64,000 nt of DNA, from contig NC_042998.1 in NCBI RefSeq assembly GCF_006345805.1, positions 9,982,001-10,046,000 of the forward strand, given 5' to 3'. Source of the stretch: Octopus sinensis (lineage: Eukaryota). Position numbers and translations under genes: made by a program. Of this stretch, positions 36,749 to 49,122 are shown piece after piece. Each line of letters starts with the position of its first letter. Within the stretch, counting starts at the first letter, position 1. Under the pieces are notes generated by a model that searched no databases, was not told where the DNA came from, and saw only the letters and a program-made list of their open reading frames with translations.

Positions 36749-36849
36749 ATGAACTGTTTAGTTTTATCTTCTCATAGAAGCGGAAGGTGGAATCATAGTA
36801 GAGACTGTTGACATTGGTGTTGTTCTTGATAGTCCTGCTGCTACCGTTA
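36749..36849 (-). CDS. Candidate coding segment NGSSRTIKNNTNVNSLYYDSTFRFYEKIKLNSS (frame open to about 36667)
   Basis: Acceptor TTTCTAATTTCCTGTCGACACCAG; strong C/T-ending codon bias; several N-x-S/T sequons. Donor ambiguous, and the antisense frame 36780-36965 is also open. Confidence 0.25.
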
Positions 36850-37426
36850 CTGGTGTCGACAGGAAATTAGAAATGACTGACTTTAATTTCAAGAAGCCTC
36901 TCTCACACACTGTTATGAATCGGCACGTGGATCATGCTAGAATTTCGCTCAGCCAAAACAAATGAACGAAGGAGGAAACACACCGCGTCAACAGATGAAT
37001 GATTTAGGGTCGGCTGGTAGCAGTAAGCGGAACATCGTCTGCTTTTGTTGATTTTTTAACCGGATGTGGTCGGTTGTCCAGCTGTCAGCGGCTGAAGACA
37101 GATAAGAATCTCGCTACAACCGATTGCTTCCTCTATCACTGGCGTCGCAATTAGATAGATTCCACTTTTAGCTGTTTTCTTTCTTCAAGAGACTCGCGTT
37201 TTAAAATACTTAAACGATTTGGATACGAAAATTCATTAAAGCTGAATAACATCGTAGTAATAGATCGTCGTATCCGTTCCACGTAGTATATATATTTTTA
37301 CAAGGACTTCACATATCTTTGACATACCCGACTTTATACACTATCTCTTCGTTTTTTTTTTTGTTGTTTTTTGTTACAGTCATTGGACTGCGGCTCTAAC
37401 GGGGCACCACCTTGGAAGGTTTAGTT

Positions 37427-37680
37427 CAGTGGTTCTGAATCGGGGTTCATATGACCCTTAGAGGTCCACATAAGATTTTGCTCGTTAAGAATTATGTGTA
37501 ATAAATTGGTTATAATTCTACAATACACAAAATATTTTAGCTTTTTTTTAATGAAGTTCCTAAGTTTAATTATAAAAATATAATAATGGGATTTTTTAAA
37601 CATTGAATGGCTATGAGGGTCCAACCATGTGAGAGAAGAATCAAAGGGTTCAATTGCTAAAAAATGGTTGAGAACCACTC
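37427..37680. mobile_element. hAT/Charlie-like MITE
   Basis: CAGTGGTTCT...AGAACCACTC termini; related truncated copy at 63459-63572. Confidence 0.7.
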
Positions 37681-38504
37681 GATTAATTGAACAAATAGAC
37701 CCCAGTTGTCAAGCAGTGGTGTGGGACAAACACACCTAGAATATATATATGTATGTTGATTGTTCTCTTAGCATGAGCAGCACTGATATAGCTTTTCAGG
37801 CTTTCTAGTGATCTACACTATTTTGCAAAGATAAGGCAACGACGGGCACCTCTTGCAGTTGGTGTTCAGAGAGTTACCACGAACGCTGACAAACGCCTTC
37901 TTTCCATCATGGCATTTTTCATGAAGGGCTTTATCTTTTCGGCAACCGTCAGCCATAATATGCATCATGATATAAATGTTCAAAATCAAACGGTACTTGT
38001 GCTGCCTGAAACTTTTTAAAATGAGGAACGGTGGAATCGCTAGATCGCCTAACAAAATGTCTTCTGATATTTGTTACGTCTCTTTACGCTATGAGTTCAA
38101 ATTCCGTAGGGCTCAACTTCACTTTTCATTCTAACAGGGTCGATAAAATAAATTATCAGTCAAGTATAGGGACCGGTGTAATCGACTGATTGCCCGCTCG
38201 CCCTAAAATTTGCGGATTTTGTCCCTAAATTAAAAATAATTAGACGGCGAAGATTGAAATGTATTTGTCAGTTTGTCTTGCAATTAAACATAATTTAATT
38301 TCTTAGCCTTACTCCTCTATAGTAATTCTTTTCACACATTTGAAGGGTTTTTAACAGAGCCGGATTAAGACCCACAGAGGCCTCAAGCACTTAAAAGATT
38401 TTGATGTCCCCATATGGATGTAATTCAAAATATAAACAATAATAAACCTCAGGATAAATTATTTTTCAAAATAAAACAAAACTAACAGTATGTTGGAAAA
38501 TAAA

Positions 38505-38731
38505 TTTCATCTCAATCGAAGGAGAGGGGCTTTCTCCGTCCGGGTTGCGGATCCGTGGAATAAGCTGCCGGACGAGATAGTGAAGATGCCGACGACCGCT
38601 CGGTTCAAAGTCTCCCTTGACCACATATGGCCTGAACTCTCTACATGAACACCACCCTGTACATAACTCCATGTCCCCCTACATGGCCTTGCTTTTTGCT
38701 TTTTGAGCCAAAAAATTAACTAACTAACTAA
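38505..38731 (+). mobile_element. CR1-group LINE 3' end (5'-truncated)
   Basis: Near-identical to the 3' part of 50061-50482; (AACT)n-type tail. Confidence 0.88.
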
Positions 38732-40272
38732 TATTTATTTTTGTATACTTTCACTTTATTTAGATTTGAAAAGTTTTCTCTTTCCTTTTTTTAAAAACCA
38801 GGTCCTCACTATGACACCATGGACACTTCGAAATTTCCGATCGGTTAAACCGTTTCGAATATTACTTTAACATGTTTAAAGTGATTTCTTTTGTGCGGCA
38901 AACCTTTTACCATTTCTTTGGTGTCCCACTTCGTTGATACCCGAAGCACGTGCTTGTTTTGCTTAATGGCTTATCCAGCGCTGGTTGTTAGAAATATAAA
39001 CCGACCTAATACCATATTTGATGGCATATAAGACGCACTGTCTTCTATTTTTTTTAAGAAAGAATTTTCCAAAGAATCTTCCCCGCTTCGGTTCTGTATG
39101 CAAAATTGGGCCTATATCACATGCTTAAATGCACTGAAAACTTTTTCCTTGAATATGCGCTACAGAAATAGGAGTGCATCTTTTATACGGCACTTAATGC
39201 AAAGAAACGTCCGTATGTAAACGTCGTCCGCTATCAAATATAATTTGCATTTTGATTTGGGGATCTAAATTATTTTGAAACCCCATAATACCATGCAGAA
39301 ATGCTACAAGACTAATTAATCTGCAATAATCCAAAATATTAGGTTTTTGATATTTTATTTTGCATAAAATTTATTCATATATTATAAATCATAATAAAAA
39401 AAAACTTAATAAAGCTCTGCTATATTATTGGATTTTTTTTTCCTTTCTATACATAAGTGGCTGGGAAAAAAACTTGACAACTTTAATACCTTGTATTATA
39501 CGTACCCCGAATTTTAATCTTGATTTTAGTATAACTCCACCCCCCAAAAAAAGAGTATGGAATTTTACGATAATTTAAATGTAATTATTTAAATGACAGT
39601 TTCTTATTAATTTAAAACTGGTTATCTAAGTTACTTCATATTGGTTTCAAATTTTGGCCCAAGGCCAGCAATTTCGGGGGAAGAGGGAAGTCAATTACAT
39701 CGACCCCAGTACTTAACTGGTTCTTCTTTTGTCGACCCTGGAAACATGAAAGTTAAAGTCGACCTCGGAGGAATTTGAACTCAAAACGTAAAGTCGGACG
39801 AAATGCCACTAAGCATTTTGCCCGGCGTGCTAACGATTCTACCAGTTCGCTGCCTTTAAAATATTTCATATTAATTGTGTTTTGTGCTTGCTTGATTAAC
39901 TTTTTCGAAAAATGTTATAAAGAAGAGATGGATGCAGCTTATGAAGGAACAGTTTTGACAGGAAATTCGCGTCCCAGACCTGATCGACTGCTTTGCTTTA
40001 GTAGAAGGGATCGAAGATGTTTCGCGAGCCATAGGCCCATGACACCGTATATATTCACCTCACCCTGGACGGGACGCCGGTCCGTCGCTGGATTATTCAT
40101 TTTTGCCAGCTGAGTAGACTGGAACAACGTGAAATGAAGTGTTTTGCTCAAGAACACTAACCATCGCTCGGTCTAGGAATCGAAACCATAATCTTGCGGT
40201 CATGAGTCAACACCCTAACCACTAAGCCACGCGACTCACCATTACTATATGGGTATGTATGTGTATGTGTAT

Positions 40273-40306
<34 letters not shown>

Positions 40307-40319
40307 TTGGCGAATCTGA

Positions 40320-42170
40320 GTTGACCACTTGCTTCAGCTTCAAGACTTAGATATATCTGCACATTATCCTGTGCAGAGCATTATGTACCATATTGCTATA
40401 TGACAGTGCTTTTCAAACTTTTTGCTGGAGCGGAACCCCAAGGAAACATTCCACTGGCTCGAGGAACCCCTGCGCAATAATTTAATAGTCTTATGCACAC
40501 ATATCTGCACAGGAGAATTAAAAATTACTGCCGATTTTAGCAGTTTTGTAACTTCTTGCGGAACCCCTGGACTGTACTGGCGGAACCATAAGGTTCCGCG
40601 GAACCCTGGTTGAAAACCACTGGTCTATGATATCAGTATATCAACCGTAGAAGCCTTGAAGAAGAGGATCAGCAGCTATTTGAGGAAGCTACCAATAAGC
40701 CTAAGCAGATCGCTCTGTGCGATCCATCAACGCCTTACAATGATCATTCAACAACTTTTCAGAAGATTTTAAGGCGAGGCGAACAATAGAACCCAGGCAC
40801 TATAGAGGCTCCAGCAGCTGGCATTGAAATAAGCACTGGTAAAAAGTGGAGTTTTTCTGGAGAGTTTCAAGCTGCAGTAAAAAACGTTTGAGGTAGAAGG
40901 CTCGTGTTAGAAATGGTTATTTTTCAAAAAAAATTGATAGTGCCACAAGAAAGCAACAGCAACATCTCCAGGAAAAAGTTAGTGCATGTGTAGAGGAAGC
41001 ACGGGACTCAGCCAACGAGGAATCAAGACAAAATGAGCCAAGATACAGCAGCGGAACATATCTTGTTGGATCTCTGGCAAACTGACATCCAGGGCATCAA
41101 ATTCCTGATCTGTTTATGACATCTTACCAAGTCTGATACACCTTCACACATAGATCAGGAAGAAAGCACTCTCCTTGCCACTTGTGTAATGAAAGAGAGT
41201 TCCTTCAACATTTTCTCAGCAGCTAGGAGTGGCTGTGTGGTAAGTAGCTTGCTTACCAACCACACGGTCCCGGGTTCAGTCCCACTGCGTGGCACCTTAG
41301 GCAAGTGTCTTCTACTATAGCCTAGGGCAGACCAAAGCCTTGTGAGTGGATTTGGTAGACGGAAACTGAAAGAAGCCCGTCGTATATATGTATATATATA
41401 TATGAGTGTGTGTGTGTGTGTCTGTGTTTGTCTCCCCAACATTGCTTGACAACCAATGCTTGTGTGTTTACGTCACCATCACCTAGCGGTTCGGCAAAAG
41501 AAACCGATAGAATAAGTACTGGGCTTACAAAGAATAAGTCCTGGGGTAGATTTGCTTGACTAAAAAAGCGGTGCTCCAGCATGGCCACAGTCAAATGACT
41601 GAAACAAGTAAAAGAGTAAAGAGCTACCCCAGGGCTTTAACAGATGCCTGCAACCTAGTGACATGAGGAGGTCCTCAAGGCGGTTGTTGAGGTGATCACA
41701 ACAGCCATGAAGTACAGTAGGCTCTCTGTAAGGAAGCCATCACTTTTCTCAAAGCTAGAGAAAAGCTCAGATAATTGAAACATCAACGACTGCATCTACT
41801 TTCCATAACTAGTATTGGAAGCTGAAAGTGGATCTTGTTATACAATGAAAGTTCGCTCATCTCCATACCAACGACACTCTGCCCAAACATAGTCATCTTC
41901 TCAGATCCTAACAAGCAGGTGATCACGTGAGAACTGACTATGCAATGGGTAGAACATATGGAGGATACTTGCCAACTAATAGGAGCTGGTAGAATAGTGC
42001 CAGAAGTCAAGGGTGGAGAGCATACTGGAAAGATCTTTACAGGGTTTGGAGTTACTAGTGTAGCAAAGACGGTTGAGGAAACCACAAGAGCGATGACTTT
42101 AAATAAAGAGAGCAGATTCGCGGTCTGTTGTTGCTGGGATGGCGGCCGGGCGGGTGTCTGATGTTAAAAG
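40320..42170 (+). mobile_element. Decayed HERO/NeSL-like non-LTR retrotransposon with restriction-like endonuclease, interrupted by a hAT MITE and a family A SINE (41222-41622)
   Basis: Peptide remnants IYLHIILCRAL, LLYDISISTVEALKKRISSYLRK, AGIEISTGKKW and TTLCPNIVIFSDPNKQVIT*ELTMQWVEHME (the PD..D/E-type RLE motif PDIV...ELTVPWE). Confidence 0.75.
40404..40622. mobile_element. hAT/Charlie-like MITE
   Basis: CAGTGCTTTTCAAAC...GTTGAAAACCACTG termini; same family as 48489 and 51105. Confidence 0.9.
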
Positions 42171-42906
42171 ATCTGAAATCCTCTAAGACTCCAGGAAGAT
42201 CAATGACGCTGCATCAAAAGCATATATAAATATTGTAATTTGCTTGAAGTATTGCAGTATATGCAAATAAGATGTTTGAAAAACATTTAATATGCTGTTC
42301 TGAGATAACAACACTTTTCTCTTAACTCTTTTTGTCTCTTGTACATGAAAAGGAAATTTTTTCCCCGAAATATAGAATTATTAAACAACCTATATAAAAA
42401 GTAATACCATATCTTTTGACTTTACTTTCATTTATAGTCCTCACTTCACAGTATTTTGATTAACTTTTCAGCCGATAGTTCATGGAAGGCCTTTACGAAT
42501 AGATACGTTGCACAGCTGTTACATAAGCGAAAATAATTGAGAAAGAAATAAATTTATGGTAATCCTTTACAGCTGTTTCGGGGATTCGGTGACAAATTGA
42601 TGCAATAATGTGCATTATGCATACACAAAGAGGCAACAAATTGAAATTAATAATATATAAATACGATGCACAAGTGGGGGTGTAATTGTGTCGCCACCAA
42701 ATCTTTCAATGGGAAAGAATATATATTAGCTCGACCTGTGCGTTTCTTATAACCAACACTTCTTAAGCTGGACTACATCGTCCATATTAGGACGTTGGAT
42801 TTTAATAATTCGATCTGATCTGAGCCCTAATTCGGTTCCTGTTTATCTATTCTACGATGTTCAATGTTTTCTCAGCCATTAATATATACATATAGTTCTT
42901 AGTTTC

Positions 42907-42937
<31 letters not shown>

Positions 42938-42954
42938 TTATATATATATATATA

Positions 42955-43140
42955 TAGTCAATAAAAACAGAGAAAAAAAGAAAAGGTAAAACAAACAATC
43001 GTGAGGACGTAGCACTAGCAATGTATTGATGTGACGCTCGGAGAAAGAAGAGAGTTGTTGCTTTACGTTTCGAGCATAGCTCTTCATCGGAAACAGGAAA
43101 AACAGGTAAGTCTAAAGTGAAAGAAGGAAAACTCGCCATA
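42955..43140 (-). mobile_element. Short HHR-bearing element (family H1) between microsatellites
   Basis: Minus strand TGTTT-CCGATGA-A-GAGC-TAT-GCTC-GAAA-CG-TA-AAGCA (about 43059-43095). Confidence 0.72.
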
Positions 43141-43168
43141 TATACATACACACATACATATATATATA

Positions 43169-43205
<37 letters not shown>

Positions 43206-43755
43206 GCATATGTACTTATTATACATATATACGTATATTTCTGAGATAATTTTGCAACTTTAGTAAGTATACTACTCTACCTTTGATATTCGGGTGCTAT
43301 TTTTTAACCTTGTTTTTGCACTTATGAGCTCACCTATGTGTGTGTATATATACATATATACACACACGCAAACACACATTATATACATACATACATACCC
43401 ATACACACATACAAATATATAAACACACATTCGTATTGTATATATTTATATGTGTGTATAAATGCATGCATACGCTTATTAGAACTTATTAATATCTATG
43501 TTATAATACGTATGCATGTAAATATTTCTACTTATATTCTGCATGCATACACATTTATTTAATTGCTTGTTTTGTAATATAAATAAAACACATGCGTTTA
43601 TTCCCATCCGATAAGTGTGTTTGTGTACGGAGCAAGTATTTTCATAGATATTGTGCGCGTATGTGTGTACATATATGTGCGTGTGCAACAGCAAGCATGG
43701 CTACAAGTGAGAAGAATAACTGCCGTTATGTTGTATGAATTTGAATGTTATCATT

Positions 43756-43770
43756 ATTGGAGGGCGGAGT
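43756..43770. promoter_or_regulatory. Adjacent CCAAT (ATTGG) and GC-box (GGGCGGAGT) motifs
   Basis: Motif match only, in non-repetitive sequence; function unsupported. Confidence 0.2.
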
Positions 43771-44065
43771 TTGTTTAATAAACCTTTGAGTTTTTCTCTT
43801 TTTATATAAATCCCTCCAATTTGGAGAAAGCAATTCCAACTGGCTTTTATAATAATAGTAATATATTATTCCCAACCCGCGTCTGACCCAAACAACATTA
43901 TCCTTAGTTTTTTTTGTTTTTTTCTTACTACCCTCGTCACCATCCACCACCACCCGTTAGTCAGCCAAGCACTTAGCCTCCTCCTCTCTGATTGAAGTCT
44001 TCCCCCCGCCACTCCCACAATCATTCTTTTCTTTCTCACTTCTTTCTTTCTTCTGTCTTTTTATA

Positions 44066-44108
<43 letters not shown>

Positions 44109-44138
44109 TCCTCTCTGTCTCTGTCTCTCTCTGTTTGC

Positions 44139-44170
<32 letters not shown>

Positions 44171-45203
44171 GTCTCTTTTTCTCTCGGCACAGATGGCGTT
44201 CAACGTTTAACTTACGTGAGAAAGATATAATCACTTGCTTTGTGACACTCGTATTTTAATGACAACGTTGACAAGAGTCGCTGTTGTCGCTGTTGTCCCC
44301 ATCGCCATCTTCCCCATCGCCATCTTCCCCATTCTCTCTCTTTCCTCTTTCTCTCTCTCTTTCCTCTTACTCTCTCTCTCACTGTCACTCTCTATCCCTC
44401 CCACTCCTTCACTAATGTCTTCAACTGTTGTCGCCGTCGTCGTCGTCATAGATGTATGCATATTTATATATATTTTTCTTTCTTTTTTCGGTCATTTCTA
44501 CTTCTAGCCCGGACCTTATCGCACCAGCTGGCGTTCCGTGGACAATGGGGACAAAGAACTAGATTGATGTTCGCTCCATTGACGACGTTTTCTCGTTTGT
44601 TTGCATGTGTGTGTATGCGAGCGTGTGAGTGTGTGTGTGTGTTGTGTGTGTGTGTGTGCGTACGTGAGCATTTGTGTATGTGTGTGTGCGTACGTGTGCA
44701 TACGTTTATGTGTGTGTGTGTGTGTGTGTGAATATGTACAGGTATTTATTTGTAAATGTGAACACGCGTCTGAACGTGCGAGTGAGTGTGCGCATGTGCG
44801 AAGAGAGAGAGAGAGAGAGTGAATGAATGAGAGAGTGTTTTTTGTTCATTTTTATTGTTTTTTTTTTTGGAGTAATTGTCTGCTAAAGTAAATACATTCT
44901 TTACACTCTCACAGACGAACACACTCACACACTTACAGTCACAGATACACGCACGCACACACATACACACACACACACACACTATATATATATATATATA
45001 TGTATATGTATATGTATGTATGTATGTGTGTATGTATGTATGTGTGTATGTGTGTATGTGTATGTGTACGTGTTTGCATGTAGATAGATAAAGAGAGAGA
45101 GGGAGAGAAAGAAAGAAGGAGAGAGAGAAAATAAGTGGGGGATTTTATTACATGAGTTGTTGGGGTGGGGATGTATCGTGTGTTTGTGTGTATATGTGTG
45201 TAT

Positions 45204-45441
45204 ATACCTATTTCTTTATTACCCACAAGGGGCTAAACACAGAGGGGACAAACAAGGACAGACATAGGTATTAAGTCGATTACATCGATCCCAGGGCGTA
45301 ACTGGTACTTAATTTATCGACCCCCGAAAGGATGAAAGGCAAAGTCGACCTCGGCGGAATTTGAACTCACAACGTAACGGCAGACGAAATACCGCAAAGC
45401 ATTTCGCCCGGCGTGCTAACGCTTCTGCCAGCTCGCCACCT
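45204..45441 (-). mobile_element. SINE family B
   Basis: Full-length reverse-complement copy. Confidence 0.9.
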
Positions 45442-46080
45442 TGGCTGTGCGGTATTGAGCTTTTGGGCTTAGTATTTTCTACTATAGCCTCAGGCTAACC
45501 AAAGCCTCATAGGATTTGGTTGACGGAATTTAAAAGAAGCCCATCGTGTATATATATATATATATACGTGTGTGTGTGTGTGTGTATATATATATATGTG
45601 TATATGTATATATGTATGTATATGTGTGTGTGTATGTGTGTGTGTGTGTCTGTCTTTCACTCCACCCCACCTCTTGATACCCGGTGTTTACGTTCCCATG
45701 ACTTAGCGGTTCGGCAAAAAGGAGTCACCTGCTGCAATATATCAGCAAACAGATTTCACTTCGTTTCGAGATGACCCGAGATAATGGCGAAATATCGGTG
45801 TCTGCCATTCTCGGTGATTCCCAGGCGAATTGTCTCACCTGGTCTGTATCATTCAGGTGTTCTTTAATAGTCGACGTCTTTTGAGAAGCTTTTCCCGGAC
45901 GTTATCCCGCATCAGGGTTGGCGAATGTACAAAACGCATATACTATGTACGTGCGATCGATAATGTTTACATTATAAGAGCTGCTTTTAATTCGTAATTT
46001 AACATACATACATATATATATATATCACTATGGACTCCGTCTGGGCAGTCATCTAAAAGTTTTTGTTCGTCATGATGCTG

Positions 46081-46172
46081 TTCTTTCCTGATGAGAAGAC
46101 GGCATAATGCACCCTTTATTCCTTCGGAATTAAGAATATGCAGTCTTCGAAACATATGTCGAGAATAAAGGA
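46081..46172 (+). ncRNA. Type I hammerhead ribozyme candidate
   Basis: CUGAUGA 46088-94; stem II GAAGAC/GUCUUC (46095-100 / 46143-48) extended by GCAUA/UAUGC; GAAA 46149-52; palindromic stem III ACAUAUGU; GUC cleavage triplet at 46160; short stem I UUUC/GAGA. Confidence 0.8.
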
Positions 46173-46215
46173 ATTCTGTTAAATCGTCGTTCGACTCCAT
46201 TCTTTCATTTATCTA

Positions 46216-46266
<51 letters not shown>

Positions 46267-46332
46267 TATAATAATGCCCAATTGTTACCTTTGAATAGTG
46301 AGGCATTTCCCCCTCCATATTTTTAAGAAGTC

Positions 46333-46429
46333 ATGGGCCAACAGGTTTTTGGGATCTGACAATACACCATAAAACTAAAACCTTATGGATGGGAAACTTA
46401 ACGTAATCCCATAAACCGGCCTTGCCCAT
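46333..46429 (+). ncRNA. Degenerate type I hammerhead ribozyme
   Basis: Long stem I (GGUUUUUGGGAU / AUCCCAUAAACC), core CUGACAA, stem II CCAUAA/UUAUGG, GAAAC...GUA. Confidence 0.6.
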
Positions 46430-46432
46430 TTT

Positions 46433-46496
<64 letters not shown>

Positions 46497-46499
<3 letters not shown>

Positions 46500-46692
46500 G
46501 TTAATCCCCCCAAAACGAAGTAAAAGAACAACAATGCGTGGACGTGGTACATGCAATGTATTAACAGACGTTCAGGGAAAGAAAGAAAGTTAGCTTTGCG
46601 TTTCGAGCAAACCTCTTCTTCAGAAACAGGAGACAGAGCTAAGTCCAAGAGAAAAGGAAGACGGAAGAAAGTAGTCGCCAACAATTCACATG
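46497..46692 (-). mobile_element. Short HHR-bearing element (family H1, degenerate) between (TA)n tracts
   Basis: Minus strand CTGAAGA-A-GAGG-TTT-GCTC-GAAA-CG-CA (46597-46623); homologous to 5083 and 42955. Confidence 0.68.
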
Positions 46693-46693
46693 T

Positions 46694-46747
<54 letters not shown>

Positions 46748-46911
46748 TATATATACGTAAAAAAATACAAACTGGGACAACAACGCAAAACATTTAGAAG
46801 ACGATACAAAAACACGGACGGGACATTCGAAGCCTTCAATCTTCAGTTTGTATTTTTTTACATATATATATATAGCGACGCACGTACCCCTTTGGTCTTA
46901 TATGTAAGTAT

Positions 46912-46958
<47 letters not shown>

Positions 46959-47552
46959 TGTGTGTATATATATAAACCATCCGTGAAATTCATCAGGCTT
47001 TTAATGATTTCAGCATCAACAGTAGCCATCCTGTAATAGTTCCTATTCTCTCTCAGACGTACGTTGTAGTAAAACACATATAAACATATACATCATGTAC
47101 TACGGAAAAAAAACCATGAGTTTGAGCCAAAACTGTTCATGTGAATTAATAAAATCTGAAAGCATCGGTCAATCGGAAACGACGGTCGTTCTTAATGCAT
47201 TTATCTCGATGAGGACATAATAAAGAGGGATCAGTATTTAAGTTTAAAGAACATCACGGGTTCAAAAACGGACATGACTAAGGTGGCACACCTTAGTGAC
47301 GATGCATTTCTATAATGGATGCATTTCTTATTATATATTATTTATGCAAACCAGAAATGCACGCGTTAAAGGATTTCAAAATATCACTATTTGGTTTGAC
47401 ATCATTTTTACAACTTATATGACTCAAAACCAGTACAAACTAGCCAGTCTAGACTCCACTCATGCGGGGACTCCAACAACGACTTGGAGTAGTTTGTCAT
47501 ATTTAACTCGTGTCAAAAATGCTGGTACCGTGCATCGCTTCTTAGCGTAACA

Positions 47553-47594
<42 letters not shown>

Positions 47595-47639
47595 ATGGTA
47601 ATATTACATAAAGCGTTTAAAATCAAACGGTATTCAAAG

Positions 47640-48216
47640 ACAGTTTACAGGACTAACTATAAAGATTTTCAAAAGACGTTATTATCCGCAACTACACTCA
47701 TTCAGGTTAAAAGACACGGAAGATTCAACATCATCGTCCCAGTTCACCAAAAAACTCAGTAAAGGTGTCCCTAACCAAGGATTGGCATATCCTCAACTGA
47801 TATAGAACATTGTCGATAAAGTAAACCTGTAATTTAATGGATTGCAAAATTGTAGACTTTGCCTAATCGAAATGTTTCAGATATTAAAACTGCCAGTGAT
47901 ATCACTTGACCGGAGTTCAGAATAAATTCTTTGCAGCAGGATCCACAAACTTCAAAATATCCACCGATGCAAATCGAGTACCATCAGTTAAAACAAGCGT
48001 CGTAGTGTAGTTATATCTTGATGAGATTTTGGACGAGGTGGTTTCCTTCACACCATAACAATCTAGTCAACAATATTTCTGACTTAGCACATACTCAACT
48101 GCATGAAGTGATACTTGATCAATGATAAGTTTAGCTGATCTGCTGTTCGAGCATTAACCAAATATTGCATGACCGGTCGTATGTGAAACCGACATACATG
48201 AAACTACTAATAGCTA
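47640..48216 (+). mobile_element. Penelope-like element 3' portion: decayed GIY-YIG endonuclease C-half plus 3' tail with degenerate HHR, ending in (TA)n
   Basis: One frame with 3 stops from 47647: TGLTIKIFKRRYYPQLHSFRL...LI*NIVDKV..*FNGLQNCRLCLIEMFQIL...LDRSSE*..., matching the PLE EN pattern G.T...FK.RY..H..SF...W.I.DK......C.LCL.E...I...LN.RSE. Confidence 0.75.
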
Positions 48217-48488
48217 TATATATATATATATGTTCATACGCGTATGTATGTGTGCCTGTGTGTCAGTTCGTGTGTGTGTGTGTGTGTGTGTGTGAATATC
48301 TGTTATAAGCGTAGAAATTTGTGTGCTTTACAGTACGTGACATAAACGCAGAATTACAATCTGTTTGAGTTTAACGATAATCCCTTTCATTAAAAAAAAA
48401 TTATCACCTTTTCTGAAAGCTTCTTTCCTTTTTTTTTTCGTAAGCTCAATGTTTCACGCCTTCAGAAGAATAACATATTTTTCTACAG

Positions 48489-48689
48489 CAGTGCTTTTCA
48501 AACTTTTTGCTGGAGCGGAACCCCAAGGAGGCATTCCACTGGCTCGAGGAACCCCTGTGCAATAATTTAATAGTCTTATGCACACATATCTGCACAGGAG
48601 AATTAAAAATTACTGCCGATTTTAGCAGTTTTGTAACTTCTTGCGGAACCCCTGGACTGTACTGGCGGAACCCTGGTTGAAAACCACTG
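48489..48689. mobile_element. hAT/Charlie-like MITE with perfect 8-bp TSD
   Basis: TSD TTCTACAG at 48481-48488 and 48690-48697. Confidence 0.93.
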
Positions 48690-49122
48690 TTCTACAGTCT
48701 CGCTATCATATTGAAAATGCTCGTAGTAAGGTTGTGTCCTGTCGTTTCGATGCCATACAAACTAAGGTGAAACCAAATAATGAAAATATATTCGTTTAAA
48801 CGGAACTAATTTTTGTCAGATTATTCTTAAATTGATCCAGTGTTTCGCAGACTGCAGGTGAAAAGCACCCCCGATTCCTATGTTTATAATACATACATAT
48901 AATACATGAGTTAGTGAGCGAGTGTGTGAATGTGTGTGTGTTTATGTGTGACAACAGAATCTATGGAGACGAGTGGCGGTCTGCGTCGGCAAGGCTTGTA
49001 TTATTCAGAAAAAGCATAAGAAAAGAGTATATATATATATAAAACAGATATGACATTCAATGCTGTATCGGGCATACTCGCGTTTCACCAAAATAATTAC
49101 ATAACAGTAATAGAAATACATG

